The position numbers were made by a program, and so were the translations under genes. Below the pieces are notes generated by a model, which was not told the DNA's origin, did not search any database, and saw nothing but the letters and a program-made list of their open reading frames with translations. From Candidatus Woesearchaeota archaeon (GTDB taxonomy: Archaea; Nanobdellota; Nanobdellia; UBA10117): a DNA stretch of 32,000 bases. How positions within the stretch are numbered: position 1 is the stretch's first letter; each line of letters begins with the position of its first letter. Location: assembly GCA_964619325.1 (NCBI GenBank), contig CAZUEL010000002.1, forward strand, positions 8,276 through 40,275, written 5' to 3'. Shown one piece after another: positions 1-7,362 of this stretch.

Positions 1-22
1 ACAGTAAATTCCATAGGCAAAC

Positions 23-31
23 GTTAAAAAT
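23..31 (+). promoter_or_regulatory. TATA-like box (gttaaaaat) for the M24 peptidase gene
   Basis: A/T box about 22 nt upstream of ATG 52, the spacing seen at most first-in-operon genes here. Confidence 0.45.
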
Positions 32-51
32 AAGTCTTTTAATCTTTTCGC

Positions 52-777
52 ATGGCCTCGAAACTCGCTTCGGTACGAAAAGCCTGTAATATAAATGATG
101 CTGCGTTCCGGGAAACTGTAAAACATTTTTCCGCCCAAGCCGAGCAGAGCTCGGCTGGGCCCAGCGGAACAAAAAGTTCCGCTTGGGAGTTCAAAACAGA
201 AAAAGATGTTGCTAAATTCCTGAACAATGAAATTAGAAAACGCGGGGCGAGGCTGGCCTTCAGAATAATTGTGGCAAATGGCCCGCACGCGTTTGAGTTA
301 CACCACAAGCCCTGCAAAAAAAGATTAAAACGCGGTTTCACTGTGATTGATTTTGGCGCAAAGGTAGGAAAGTATTGCTCGGACATGACTCGCACCGTTT
401 TCGTTGGCGAGCCGACAAAGCGGGAGCTGGAACTTTACAATTTAGTGAGAAACGCGCAGGTAAAGTGCGTCAAACTTTCAAAGCCTGGTGTTTTATGTTC
501 TTACATTGACCACAAAGCGTCCGTATTTCTGGGAAAGTACGCCCCAAACTTTATTCACGCGGTTGGCCACGGCATCGATAAACGAGTGCATGCAAGTCCA
601 AAAATCTCGCCAAGATCGCCGGACAAATTGCGAAACAGCGACGTAATTGCAATCGAGCCGGGCATTTATTTCAAAAAGCGGCTCGGAATCAGGATTGAAG
701 ACACGGTTTTAGTTAGGAAGAAACCGCTGGCACTAACTAAGTTTACAACTAAGTTAGTAAAAGTTCAAGCGAAGTAG
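52..777 (+). CDS. M24-family metallopeptidase (Xaa-Pro aminopeptidase/prolidase-like, pita-bread catalytic domain only)
   Basis: 241 aa. Metal-ligand pattern is present: IDFGAKVGKYCSDMTRT (D..D), GHGID (H), IEPGIYF (E), IRIEDTV (E). The promoter at the expected spacing supports ATG 52. Carries an 18-codon in-frame insertion at 134-187. Confidence 0.8.
   Translation: MASKLASVRKACNINDAAFRETVKHFSAQAEQSSAGPSGTKSSAWEFKTEKDVAKFLNNEIRKRGARLAFRIIVANGPHAFELHHKPCKKRLKRGFTVIDFGAKVGKYCSDMTRTVFVGEPTKRELELYNLVRNAQVKCVKLSKPGVLCSYIDHKASVFLGKYAPNFIHAVGHGIDKRVHASPKISPRSPDKLRNSDVIAIEPGIYFKKRLGIRIEDTVLVRKKPLALTKFTTKLVKVQAK
134..187 (+). repeat. 54-nt structured palindromic element, copy 1, in frame in the M24 gene
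   Basis: CCCAAG|CCGAGC-aga-GCTCGG|CTGGGCCCAG|CGGAAC-aaaaa-GTTCCG|CTTGGG. Same architecture and length as 2783-2836 on the other strand. Confidence 0.75.
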
Positions 778-3344
778 TTCTGCAGAGCCGCTTTATTCTT
801 TTCGATCCAAAATGTATTTCTCTTGATTGTTTCCAGCGAATTATTCACAACCATTTTGTATTCTATCTTGTGAGTTTTGAAAAACTTTTTGGCCTCTGCG
901 AGTTTTTCTCTGCCAGAATACGGCGTTGTAACATCTTCTAGTACGTCTACAAATAATTTTTCCGCAGACTTTAATTTTTCTATCTTTTTCCAATTACTTG
1001 CTGCCCAGTCCAGGAGGAATGGCCTGCAGAGTGGGTTTCCGCTGACTGAAGAAATAACCTGAGCTGTATCCTGCATACGAACATCTTTTGAAAATCCAAA
1101 TTCCAAAGTCTTTTTCAGTAAATCTGAATTTTTGAAACCCCCAAGCGAGCCGAGCAAAACCTTTTGCTCCTCGGGAACTTTTGTTTGTTTGTAAAATTGC
1201 ACAATTTGCGCGTATGTGTTTTCGCCTCCAGTCCTGGAGCCAACATACAAAATTGCGGAGCGCAAATCTGGGTGAATTTCTCTTGTCTTCAGATATTTTT
1301 CAAATAACTCTTTTCCGATTTTCAAAGCGCCGGAGTCTTCTGTAAACACCAAAAACTTTATTGCCAAGCTTCTTAGCAATCTATCTTCCTCTGGCTCATT
1401 TTCGCGAGGTTGCCAGCCGAGCCTTGCCAGCACTTTCCTAAAAGCTGGCCTGCAGATTTCCCTGAACTTCGGCCAAATTTCATTCCAAAAAGATTCCTGC
1501 GAGAAGAAATAATAAATCTGCCATAGATTCCCAAAAATATCTGCAAGCACGAGGAAGCTGTCCTCATTTCGGTACGCGCGCAGGAAGTCAAGATATTTAT
1601 CGATTGCCAGCTCGCCATGCTTCGTCAGCCTGAACAAATCGTTCTGTACGCCCCACCGGTCAGCTGCGGACAGTGTTTTGTTTCCCACCAATTGTCTTAG
1701 TTTCGCGAGATTTGCGTCCGAATATTTTACGCGGTAAAAGCCGGCCTGCCCGTAATTTAATTTGAACCACTCTGGCGCGGCATTTAATTTTATTACTGCA
1801 TTTTGTTTATCAAAAGTTGTTTTCACCTGCTCGGCGTTCGTTTTAATTACCAGTGGAATCGGCCAGACTGTCTTGTCTTTTAGCTGAAACGCAAATCGTT
1901 TTTGTTTTAACTCCAGATTATTTCCGTTCAGTTCTGCCTCCACCAACGGGAAGCCGGCCTGCCTAATCCACGCGTGCATAATTTTTTCCACGCTCTGCTT
2001 TGATGCAGAGGCGAGGCAGTCCCAAAAAGCTTCAGACGTTGCATTTTTGTACGCGTGGCGGTTTAGATACTTACTAACACCTCTGCGAAAATTTTCCTCC
2101 CCTAAATATGTGTCGAGCATTCTCAAGATGCTACCGCCCTTGTTGTAACTTATCGCATCAAAAACTTCTGTTATGTCGGTCGGCGTTTTAATTTCTACTT
2201 CGATCGGGTGCGTTGATTTGAGCGAATCCTCGTTCAGCGCGATCTCGGTCTCCTCGGAAATAAAGTCCTCCCAGATTTTCCACTGTGGGAAAATTTCGCC
2301 TGCCGCTTTGTAGGCCATATATGTTGCGAAGCTCTCGTTCAGCCATAAATCATTCCACCACTCCATCGTCACCAGATTTCCAGACCACTGGTGCCAGAGT
2401 TCGTGCGCGATCACTTCGGCGACGCGCTTCTTGATTGCGGTCGATGTAATCTTCGGGTCGAACAACAATAAAATTTCGCGGAACGTGATTATGCCCCAGT
2501 TCTCCATCGCCCCAGACTGAAAGTCCGGCAGCGCCACCAGATCCAGCTTGGGCAGCGGATATTTTACGCCGGAATAATCTTCGAAATATTTCAGGAACTT
2601 TTTTGTCAAGTCGAGGGCAAACTTTCCTTGCCTGCTTTTTCCTGGAACTGTTGCAACCCGAATTTCCACATCCTTGTATTTATCCTTCAGGAATTCAAAC
2701 TCGCCGACGCACAGGCACAAAAGATATGTAGACATCTTCGGCGAAGTCTGGAACGAAATAATTTTTTGTTTGCCGTCCTTTTCCCAAGAAAAAGCTTTGC
2801 TTTTTCTGGGCCCAGCCGAACTTGGTTCGGCTTGGGTTTCTTTTTTTATCGGCATGTTAGAAATCGCCTTCAGCGTTGAATCAATCCTGACTGTCAGATC
2901 GAAGGTTGCCTTGTAGGCCGGCTCGTCAAAGCACGGGAAGCACTTGCGCGCGTAGTGGGATTCGAACTGCGTGGCTGCGAGATATTTTTCTTTACCTTTG
3001 CTGCCTTTGTACTTACTTCTGTAAATACCGAGCAACGAATCATTAAGCGCGCCTGAGAATTCTATTATGAGTTTTCTACGGCCGCTGATTTTTTTATTAA
3101 ATTTCAGAATTAGCTGTTCATTTTTCGGGTTTAGTTTGATTTGTGGGGTTAGATTTTGTTTGTTTAGTATTAGCTGTGCACTTTTGATTTTCAGCTCTGC
3201 CGCATTTAACACAATCTCGTTTGTTGGCTTTGGAATTTCCAGATCGATTACCACGTTGCCGGCAAACCTGAACTTTTTTAAGTCCAAGTCAATAAATAAG
3301 TCGTAGTGCTTTGGCTTTGCGATTGCTGGCAAGCGGAAGTCCAT
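765..3344 (-). CDS. M1-family zinc aminopeptidase (tricorn-interacting-factor/aminopeptidase N-like)
   Basis: GAMENWG exopeptidase motif and HELWHQWSGNLVTMEWWNDLWLNESFA (HEXXH-x18-E). Start moved from 3413 to ATG 3344 (MDFRLP...) because tttaaa at 3366-3371 lies exactly 22 nt upstream. 859 aa. Confidence 0.9.
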   Translation of the reverse strand: MDFRLPAIAKPKHYDLFIDLDLKKFRFAGNVVIDLEIPKPTNEIVLNAAELKIKSAQLILNKQNLTPQIKLNPKNEQLILKFNKKISGRRKLIIEFSGALNDSLLGIYRSKYKGSKGKEKYLAATQFESHYARKCFPCFDEPAYKATFDLTVRIDSTLKAISNMPIKKETQAEPSSAGPRKSKAFSWEKDGKQKIISFQTSPKMSTYLLCLCVGEFEFLKDKYKDVEIRVATVPGKSRQGKFALDLTKKFLKYFEDYSGVKYPLPKLDLVALPDFQSGAMENWGIITFREILLLFDPKITSTAIKKRVAEVIAHELWHQWSGNLVTMEWWNDLWLNESFATYMAYKAAGEIFPQWKIWEDFISEETEIALNEDSLKSTHPIEVEIKTPTDITEVFDAISYNKGGSILRMLDTYLGEENFRRGVSKYLNRHAYKNATSEAFWDCLASASKQSVEKIMHAWIRQAGFPLVEAELNGNNLELKQKRFAFQLKDKTVWPIPLVIKTNAEQVKTTFDKQNAVIKLNAAPEWFKLNYGQAGFYRVKYSDANLAKLRQLVGNKTLSAADRWGVQNDLFRLTKHGELAIDKYLDFLRAYRNEDSFLVLADIFGNLWQIYYFFSQESFWNEIWPKFREICRPAFRKVLARLGWQPRENEPEEDRLLRSLAIKFLVFTEDSGALKIGKELFEKYLKTREIHPDLRSAILYVGSRTGGENTYAQIVQFYKQTKVPEEQKVLLGSLGGFKNSDLLKKTLEFGFSKDVRMQDTAQVISSVSGNPLCRPFLLDWAASNWKKIEKLKSAEKLFVDVLEDVTTPYSGREKLAEAKKFFKTHKIEYKMVVNNSLETIKRNTFWIEKNKAALQNYFA
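2783..2836 (-). repeat. 54-nt structured palindromic element, copy 2, in frame in the M1 gene
   Basis: Minus strand reads CCCAAG|CCGAAC-caa-GTTCGG|CTGGGCCCAG|AAAAAGC-aaa-GCTTTTT|CTTGGG. Closing helix and central palindrome are identical to copy 1; the stems covary. Confidence 0.75.
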
Positions 3345-3363
3345 GCAAATTACTGCTTTGTTT

Positions 3364-3373
3364 AGTTTAAAAC
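3364..3373 (-). promoter_or_regulatory. TATA box (gttttaaact) for the M1 aminopeptidase gene
   Basis: Last A of tttaaa is 22 nt upstream of ATG 3344. Confidence 0.55.
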
Positions 3374-3375
3374 AT

Positions 3376-3528
3376 TTACGAGCTAAACGCGGCGAGAATG
3401 CTCGAGCCGGCAATCACCAACGCAAGGCCAAGAACTTTCATTAGCGTTACTGACTCGCCCAAAAAGAATCCAATTATCGAAGCGATTGCAGCAATGACTG
3501 CAAAAATTATTCCGGGCGGGATTATCAT
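3376..3528 (-). CDS. possible 50-aa two-helix membrane peptide
   Basis: My own translation: MIIPPGIIFAVIAAIASIIGFFLGESVTLMKVLGLALVIAGSSILAAFSS. Below the ORF-track cutoff, strongly hydrophobic, no family recognised. Confidence 0.3.
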   Translation of the reverse strand: MIIPPGIIFAVIAAIASIIGFFLGESVTLMKVLGLALVIAGSSILAAFSS

Positions 3529-3558
3529 TTATTTTAAAATCGTATTTAATATATAAAG

Positions 3559-4086
3559 TTAACTTAGTAGCGCAACCGTTGCCTGCTTCAACAAGGCTTT
3601 CTCATAATCCAGATTTTTGGACTTGTAGGTCTCATCCGGCGTGTTTTTGTAAAATATTGTGTACTGGGCGCTCCCTTTGTAAGCATAGACTACGAGCGCT
3701 TCTATGCCGCTTGGCTTGTCATAATCAATGAATGCACCGTCCCCTGCAGCAAAATCTTCTCTGGTAACATATGCGTAACCCTTACTCAAATCAAAATATT
3801 TCTTCGCACCTGCGGGATTGCTAAACACAGATTTGTGTGCGCGGATTGTTTCGTCGCCGCGTTTGTACCACGTTTCGGTGCCTGTCGCGCCAATCGCAGA
3901 CAGGTCTTCGGTTCGAGTATTTATGGCCTGCCAGCCCCCTGGAAAACCAGAACCTACTGCGATTACTTGCTGCGCCGGCGCTGCCTGCTGCTGTTGACCT
4001 GCGCCTTGATTTGTCTGAGCCTGCTGGCCTGCACATCCGCTTACTAATATTATTAATACCAATAACAATGCTGGAATGTATTTCAT
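3559..4086 (-). CDS. putative lipoprotein, function unknown
   Basis: Signal peptide with a lipobox-like LVSGC, followed by a Q/A-rich linker. Its start overlaps the upstream stop (ATGA at 4086). Confidence 0.65.
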   Translation of the reverse strand: MKYIPALLLVLIILVSGCAGQQAQTNQGAGQQQQAAPAQQVIAVGSGFPGGWQAINTRTEDLSAIGATGTETWYKRGDETIRAHKSVFSNPAGAKKYFDLSKGYAYVTREDFAAGDGAFIDYDKPSGIEALVVYAYKGSAQYTIFYKNTPDETYKSKNLDYEKALLKQATVALLS

Positions 4087-4604
4087 TATGTCTCGCCAGG
4101 CTTCAACAGCTTCTGGTTCAGCTGGTCGATCTTCTCTCTCGACTCGGTCATGAGCGCACCCCAGCCCTGCATTATCTCTGACTCTTTTTGTTTGATTGAG
4201 GAAATCTTGGACAAACTGCGCTGCAGGTCATCGAGTTTCAGCTGCAGATTTTCTATTGTGCGCATGATGTCCTTGTACTTATCAAGGCGAACAAAAACTG
4301 TGGCCCCAGCCTGTTCATACGTTGGCTGCGAGCTTTGCTGCATCGGCGGTGATAATGGATATGGTAGCTGTTGCGCGGACATCTGTAATTGTGTCTGAGA
4401 TGGATAGGCCTGCGCTCGCTGTAAAGGTGGTAACTCAGGCAATGGTGGTAGCGGTGGCAGGGACTGCTGTTGTCCGTCGTCCTGCGCATCTAGCTGTGGA
4501 AAACCACCTGTCTCAGAATCTTCTGGCATCGGCGGGAGCGGTGGCAGATCGGAAAACTCATTCCGCGTTTCTTGCTCGCCCTTCTTCTTCCAGAACCAAA
4601 CCAT
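4086..4604 (-). CDS. Pro/Gln-rich protein with C-terminal coiled coil, function unknown
   Basis: 172 aa with LPPLPP-type repeats and a heptad-like C-terminus (FVRLDKYKDIMRTIENLQLKLDDLQRSL...). TATA at 4625-4634 lies 22 nt upstream of ATG 4604. Confidence 0.6.
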   Translation of the reverse strand: MVWFWKKKGEQETRNEFSDLPPLPPMPEDSETGGFPQLDAQDDGQQQSLPPLPPLPELPPLQRAQAYPSQTQLQMSAQQLPYPLSPPMQQSSQPTYEQAGATVFVRLDKYKDIMRTIENLQLKLDDLQRSLSKISSIKQKESEIMQGWGALMTESREKIDQLNQKLLKPGET

Positions 4605-4624
4605 AGCTGAGAAGTAGCCTGCGC

Positions 4625-4634
4625 ATTTATATAA
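4625..4634 (-). promoter_or_regulatory. TATA box (ttatataaat) for the 4604 operon
   Basis: tataaa ends 22 nt upstream of ATG 4604. Confidence 0.5.
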
Positions 4635-4694
4635 GTTATTTACTTCTAAAGGCTAACAACTAGGGCTTCAATATTGCTCTCAAACTAACAAAAT

Positions 4695-4704
4695 TATTTA
4701 AAGC
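4695..4704 (+). promoter_or_regulatory. TATA box (ttatttaaag) for aglB
   Basis: tttaaa at 4698-4703 lies 22 nt upstream of ATG 4725. Confidence 0.55.
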
Positions 4705-4724
4705 TATCCTACCCAAAATTCCGA

Positions 4725-7352
4725 ATGGGTGAGTTGGAGCAAAGGCGGTCTGAACTTTTCAGCAGGATAAGCGCCACGCTAAGCGCTAAGCCAGGCGTAG
4801 CCGGTAAGCCCAGCCTTTTTTCCGGCAGGTTTGCGGAGTTGCCCTACTGGCTGCTGTTAATCCCAATCGTGGTTCTCGCGGCCTGGGTGCGGACAAGAAA
4901 CCTTGGCCTGCTAGTCGGCAAGTACTTGATAGAGCTGGACTCCTATTTGTGGTATCGATATGCAAAAATAATCTTTGACACGGGTGCACTACCCGCAATT
5001 GACACTGCTAGGTATGTTCCAGTCGGCGTCGACACATCTCAGTATGCTTTTTTTTCATACACACTGGCGTACTTCTATAAATTTATCCATATGTTTTTTC
5101 CAAGCTTACAACAGATAACTTGGCATGTCTATTACCCCGTTGTTGTAACCGTACTGAGTTTGCCCTTCTTCTTCTTGTTTGTCAGAAAAATTACAAACGT
5201 GCGAGTTGCGGTTGTTGCAACGGCTTTCCTCACAGTGATCCCTGCTTACATTCAGAGGACTTCTGCTGGCTTTGCAGACCACGAAGCGATGGCGATGTTG
5301 TGGATGTTTATTGCACTGATGTTTTTTGCATACATGTGGACTGAAAAGGATTGGAAAAAGTCCATCTCATTCGGTGCGCTTGGTGGTTTATTCGCCGGAT
5401 TCATGGCTGGCACGTGGGGCGGATTTGCCTATCTAGCAGCAACACTCGGTATATTTTTAGCCACGATGCTTCTATTCTCAAAGATTTCTGCGCCACAGTA
5501 TAAAGGCTATATCACGTTTTATATTATTCTAGCCGTAACTTATGCAATAACAAAATACACACCAATCATTTCATTCCTGAAATCACAGGATGGCCTGTAT
5601 ATGCTATTCCCAATAATTGTTGTTGGCGCGTACTGGCTGACAAAACTACCCAAATTAGACTCCTTCCTGCAAAAAATTGATGCAGTCCTACCACGGCAGG
5701 CCCTCGTAACGGCCTTGCTATTTGCAATTGGCATTGTGATTGGGCAGTTGTTAGGTATAATAGATTTACACTCAATCTACCAGTCCTTGACAAGAGCTAA
5801 CCCAAACCGATGGACAACAACAGTTGCGGAAAATGCATCGCCGTTCTTCTTCGGTGGTGGCGGGTGGTGGGACAGCTTCGGCTGGGCACTTCTATTTGCC
5901 CTGGCTGGCGGCGTTCTGCTATCTATTTACATCTTCAAGAACAGGGAATTCGGTGTCTTTGACCTCAAAAGGCAGATGTATGCGTATATTGCCGGAGCAA
6001 TTTATGTTCTATTCTTCTCTGGCTTTATATTTGGAAGATATAATTCTGGTGGAAGATTCCAAACAATCATTAACTTTTTCTCGAAATACTACATAAGCTG
6101 GCTGTTAATGTCACTAGCTGCATTTGTGCTTCTCTACCTATGCATGTATTACAAAGACAGGGTTGCTTTTGTAAACACCTTCACAGAGGACAAGTGGGTA
6201 ATGGTGTTATTATTTGTGTTCTTCAGTTTTTCGCTAGTGGGCTCACGAATATTAATCCGCCTCATGTTCGGTCTCTCTCCAGCAGTGGCGCTGGTAGCTG
6301 CATGGTTCATGTTGCGCGCGATAGAAAAAACATCCAGCCACAACAAAACAAAAATCATTGCAATTATTTTAGTGTTGTTTATGCTACTTTCTTTTTACTC
6401 GCTTGCCAGAACGTCCTACAACATTAATCGCACGATGGGTTCGATGGTGCCCGGCCAGTGGGAAGCTGCAATGAATTTCCTAAATAGTAGCACTCCGGAA
6501 GATTCTGTGGTGACACACTGGTGGGATTATGGTCACATGACTACTGCCGTTGGGGCGCGACGCGCCGTGACTGACGGTGGAAACCTGATGAGCTGGAATC
6601 ACGCGTCCGGCAGGTACTTCCTTACTGGAAAAGATAGCCAGTCTACGCTGGAATACTTATATTCACACCAAGTTAATTATACTCTTATATCGAACCAGGA
6701 AATTTCGAAGTATTATGCATTTTCGCTCATTGGCTCGGACGACAGCCTAGATCGGCTCAGCACAATTGGCATGTTTGGCCTGCAAGACAAGCGCGAGGCA
6801 CGGGACGGCGATCTGGTGTTATATGGTGGACAGTGGACTTTTGACAGCGATATCACCACTGGTGATGTAGTGTTACCGCGCGGCGGGGCGCAAATACAAG
6901 GTTTCTCCCTTCTCGTAAAGAACAACGGCGTGGCAGAGGTTAAAGCATACATTTCTAACAATGGTAATCGGCTTATTTTCGATGTCGGTTGCCTGTACAT
7001 ACACACCTACCGAGCTGGATCAAACGCATATATTTATGGCAACAGGAGATCTTTCCCGCAGACAGAAAATACGCTGCCTGGTTGTCTGGTGATTGTTCCA
7101 TTCATCGATAATTCCGCAGTCAACGATCAAGGTGCAGCATTCTGGCTCTCAGGCAAAGTCTGGGCTACAAATTTTGCAAGGCTGTACATGTACGGCGAGG
7201 ATGATAAAAACTTCCAGCAGGTTTACTCAGACGCACTACCACTGGGCTTTTACAACGGCCAGCCAATCGGTCCGATAAAAATCTGGAAAGTCCAATACCC
7301 TGAAGGTGTTAAGACCGATCCGAAATACCTGGAGCCAAGCCCGTACGGTTAG
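4725..7352 (+). CDS. aglB: archaeal oligosaccharyltransferase AglB (STT3 family)
   Basis: 875 aa. Polytopic N-terminal half, then the catalytic WWDYGH motif (THWWDYGHMTT) and a soluble C-terminal domain. Confidence 0.9.
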   Translation: MGELEQRRSELFSRISATLSAKPGVAGKPSLFSGRFAELPYWLLLIPIVVLAAWVRTRNLGLLVGKYLIELDSYLWYRYAKIIFDTGALPAIDTARYVPVGVDTSQYAFFSYTLAYFYKFIHMFFPSLQQITWHVYYPVVVTVLSLPFFFLFVRKITNVRVAVVATAFLTVIPAYIQRTSAGFADHEAMAMLWMFIALMFFAYMWTEKDWKKSISFGALGGLFAGFMAGTWGGFAYLAATLGIFLATMLLFSKISAPQYKGYITFYIILAVTYAITKYTPIISFLKSQDGLYMLFPIIVVGAYWLTKLPKLDSFLQKIDAVLPRQALVTALLFAIGIVIGQLLGIIDLHSIYQSLTRANPNRWTTTVAENASPFFFGGGGWWDSFGWALLFALAGGVLLSIYIFKNREFGVFDLKRQMYAYIAGAIYVLFFSGFIFGRYNSGGRFQTIINFFSKYYISWLLMSLAAFVLLYLCMYYKDRVAFVNTFTEDKWVMVLLFVFFSFSLVGSRILIRLMFGLSPAVALVAAWFMLRAIEKTSSHNKTKIIAIILVLFMLLSFYSLARTSYNINRTMGSMVPGQWEAAMNFLNSSTPEDSVVTHWWDYGHMTTAVGARRAVTDGGNLMSWNHASGRYFLTGKDSQSTLEYLYSHQVNYTLISNQEISKYYAFSLIGSDDSLDRLSTIGMFGLQDKREARDGDLVLYGGQWTFDSDITTGDVVLPRGGAQIQGFSLLVKNNGVAEVKAYISNNGNRLIFDVGCLYIHTYRAGSNAYIYGNRRSFPQTENTLPGCLVIVPFIDNSAVNDQGAAFWLSGKVWATNFARLYMYGEDDKNFQQVYSDALPLGFYNGQPIGPIKIWKVQYPEGVKTDPKYLEPSPYG

Positions 7353-7362
7353 TGGTGATTAT

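Noticed and set aside
134-187. The 54-nt element as an archaeal bulge-helix-bulge (BHB) mRNA intron
   Set aside because: The closing helix is 6 bp with no 3-nt bulges flanking a 4-bp helix, and the flanking exon sequence cannot extend it into a BHB. Excision by another route is not excluded, but the sequence does not support it.
1140-1190. Possible degenerate third copy of the element inside the M1 C-terminal domain. It shares cccaag, ccgag..gagc, gctcggct, cgcttggg and aaaagttcc, and has a gagcaaaa/ttttgctc hairpin.
   Set aside because: The matches are patchy, need large indels and fall in a different reading frame. The encoded peptide (PEEQKVLLGSLGGFKNSDLLKKTLEF) looks like native M1 C-terminal sequence with no extra residues.
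3345-3413. N-terminal extensions in the ORF track: 3345-3413, 7306-7362, 15889-15951, 23328-23348 and 28416-28493
   Set aside because: Internal ATGs sit at the conserved 22-nt distance from a TATA box or follow an SD. The extensions overlap upstream genes or promoters and encode non-conserved-looking sequence.
4250-4520. Repetitive ccgcc/ggtgg-rich DNA that looks like a tandem repeat
   Set aside because: It is the coding sequence for the LPPLPP/Q-rich low-complexity region of the 172-aa protein. There is no exact DNA repeat unit.
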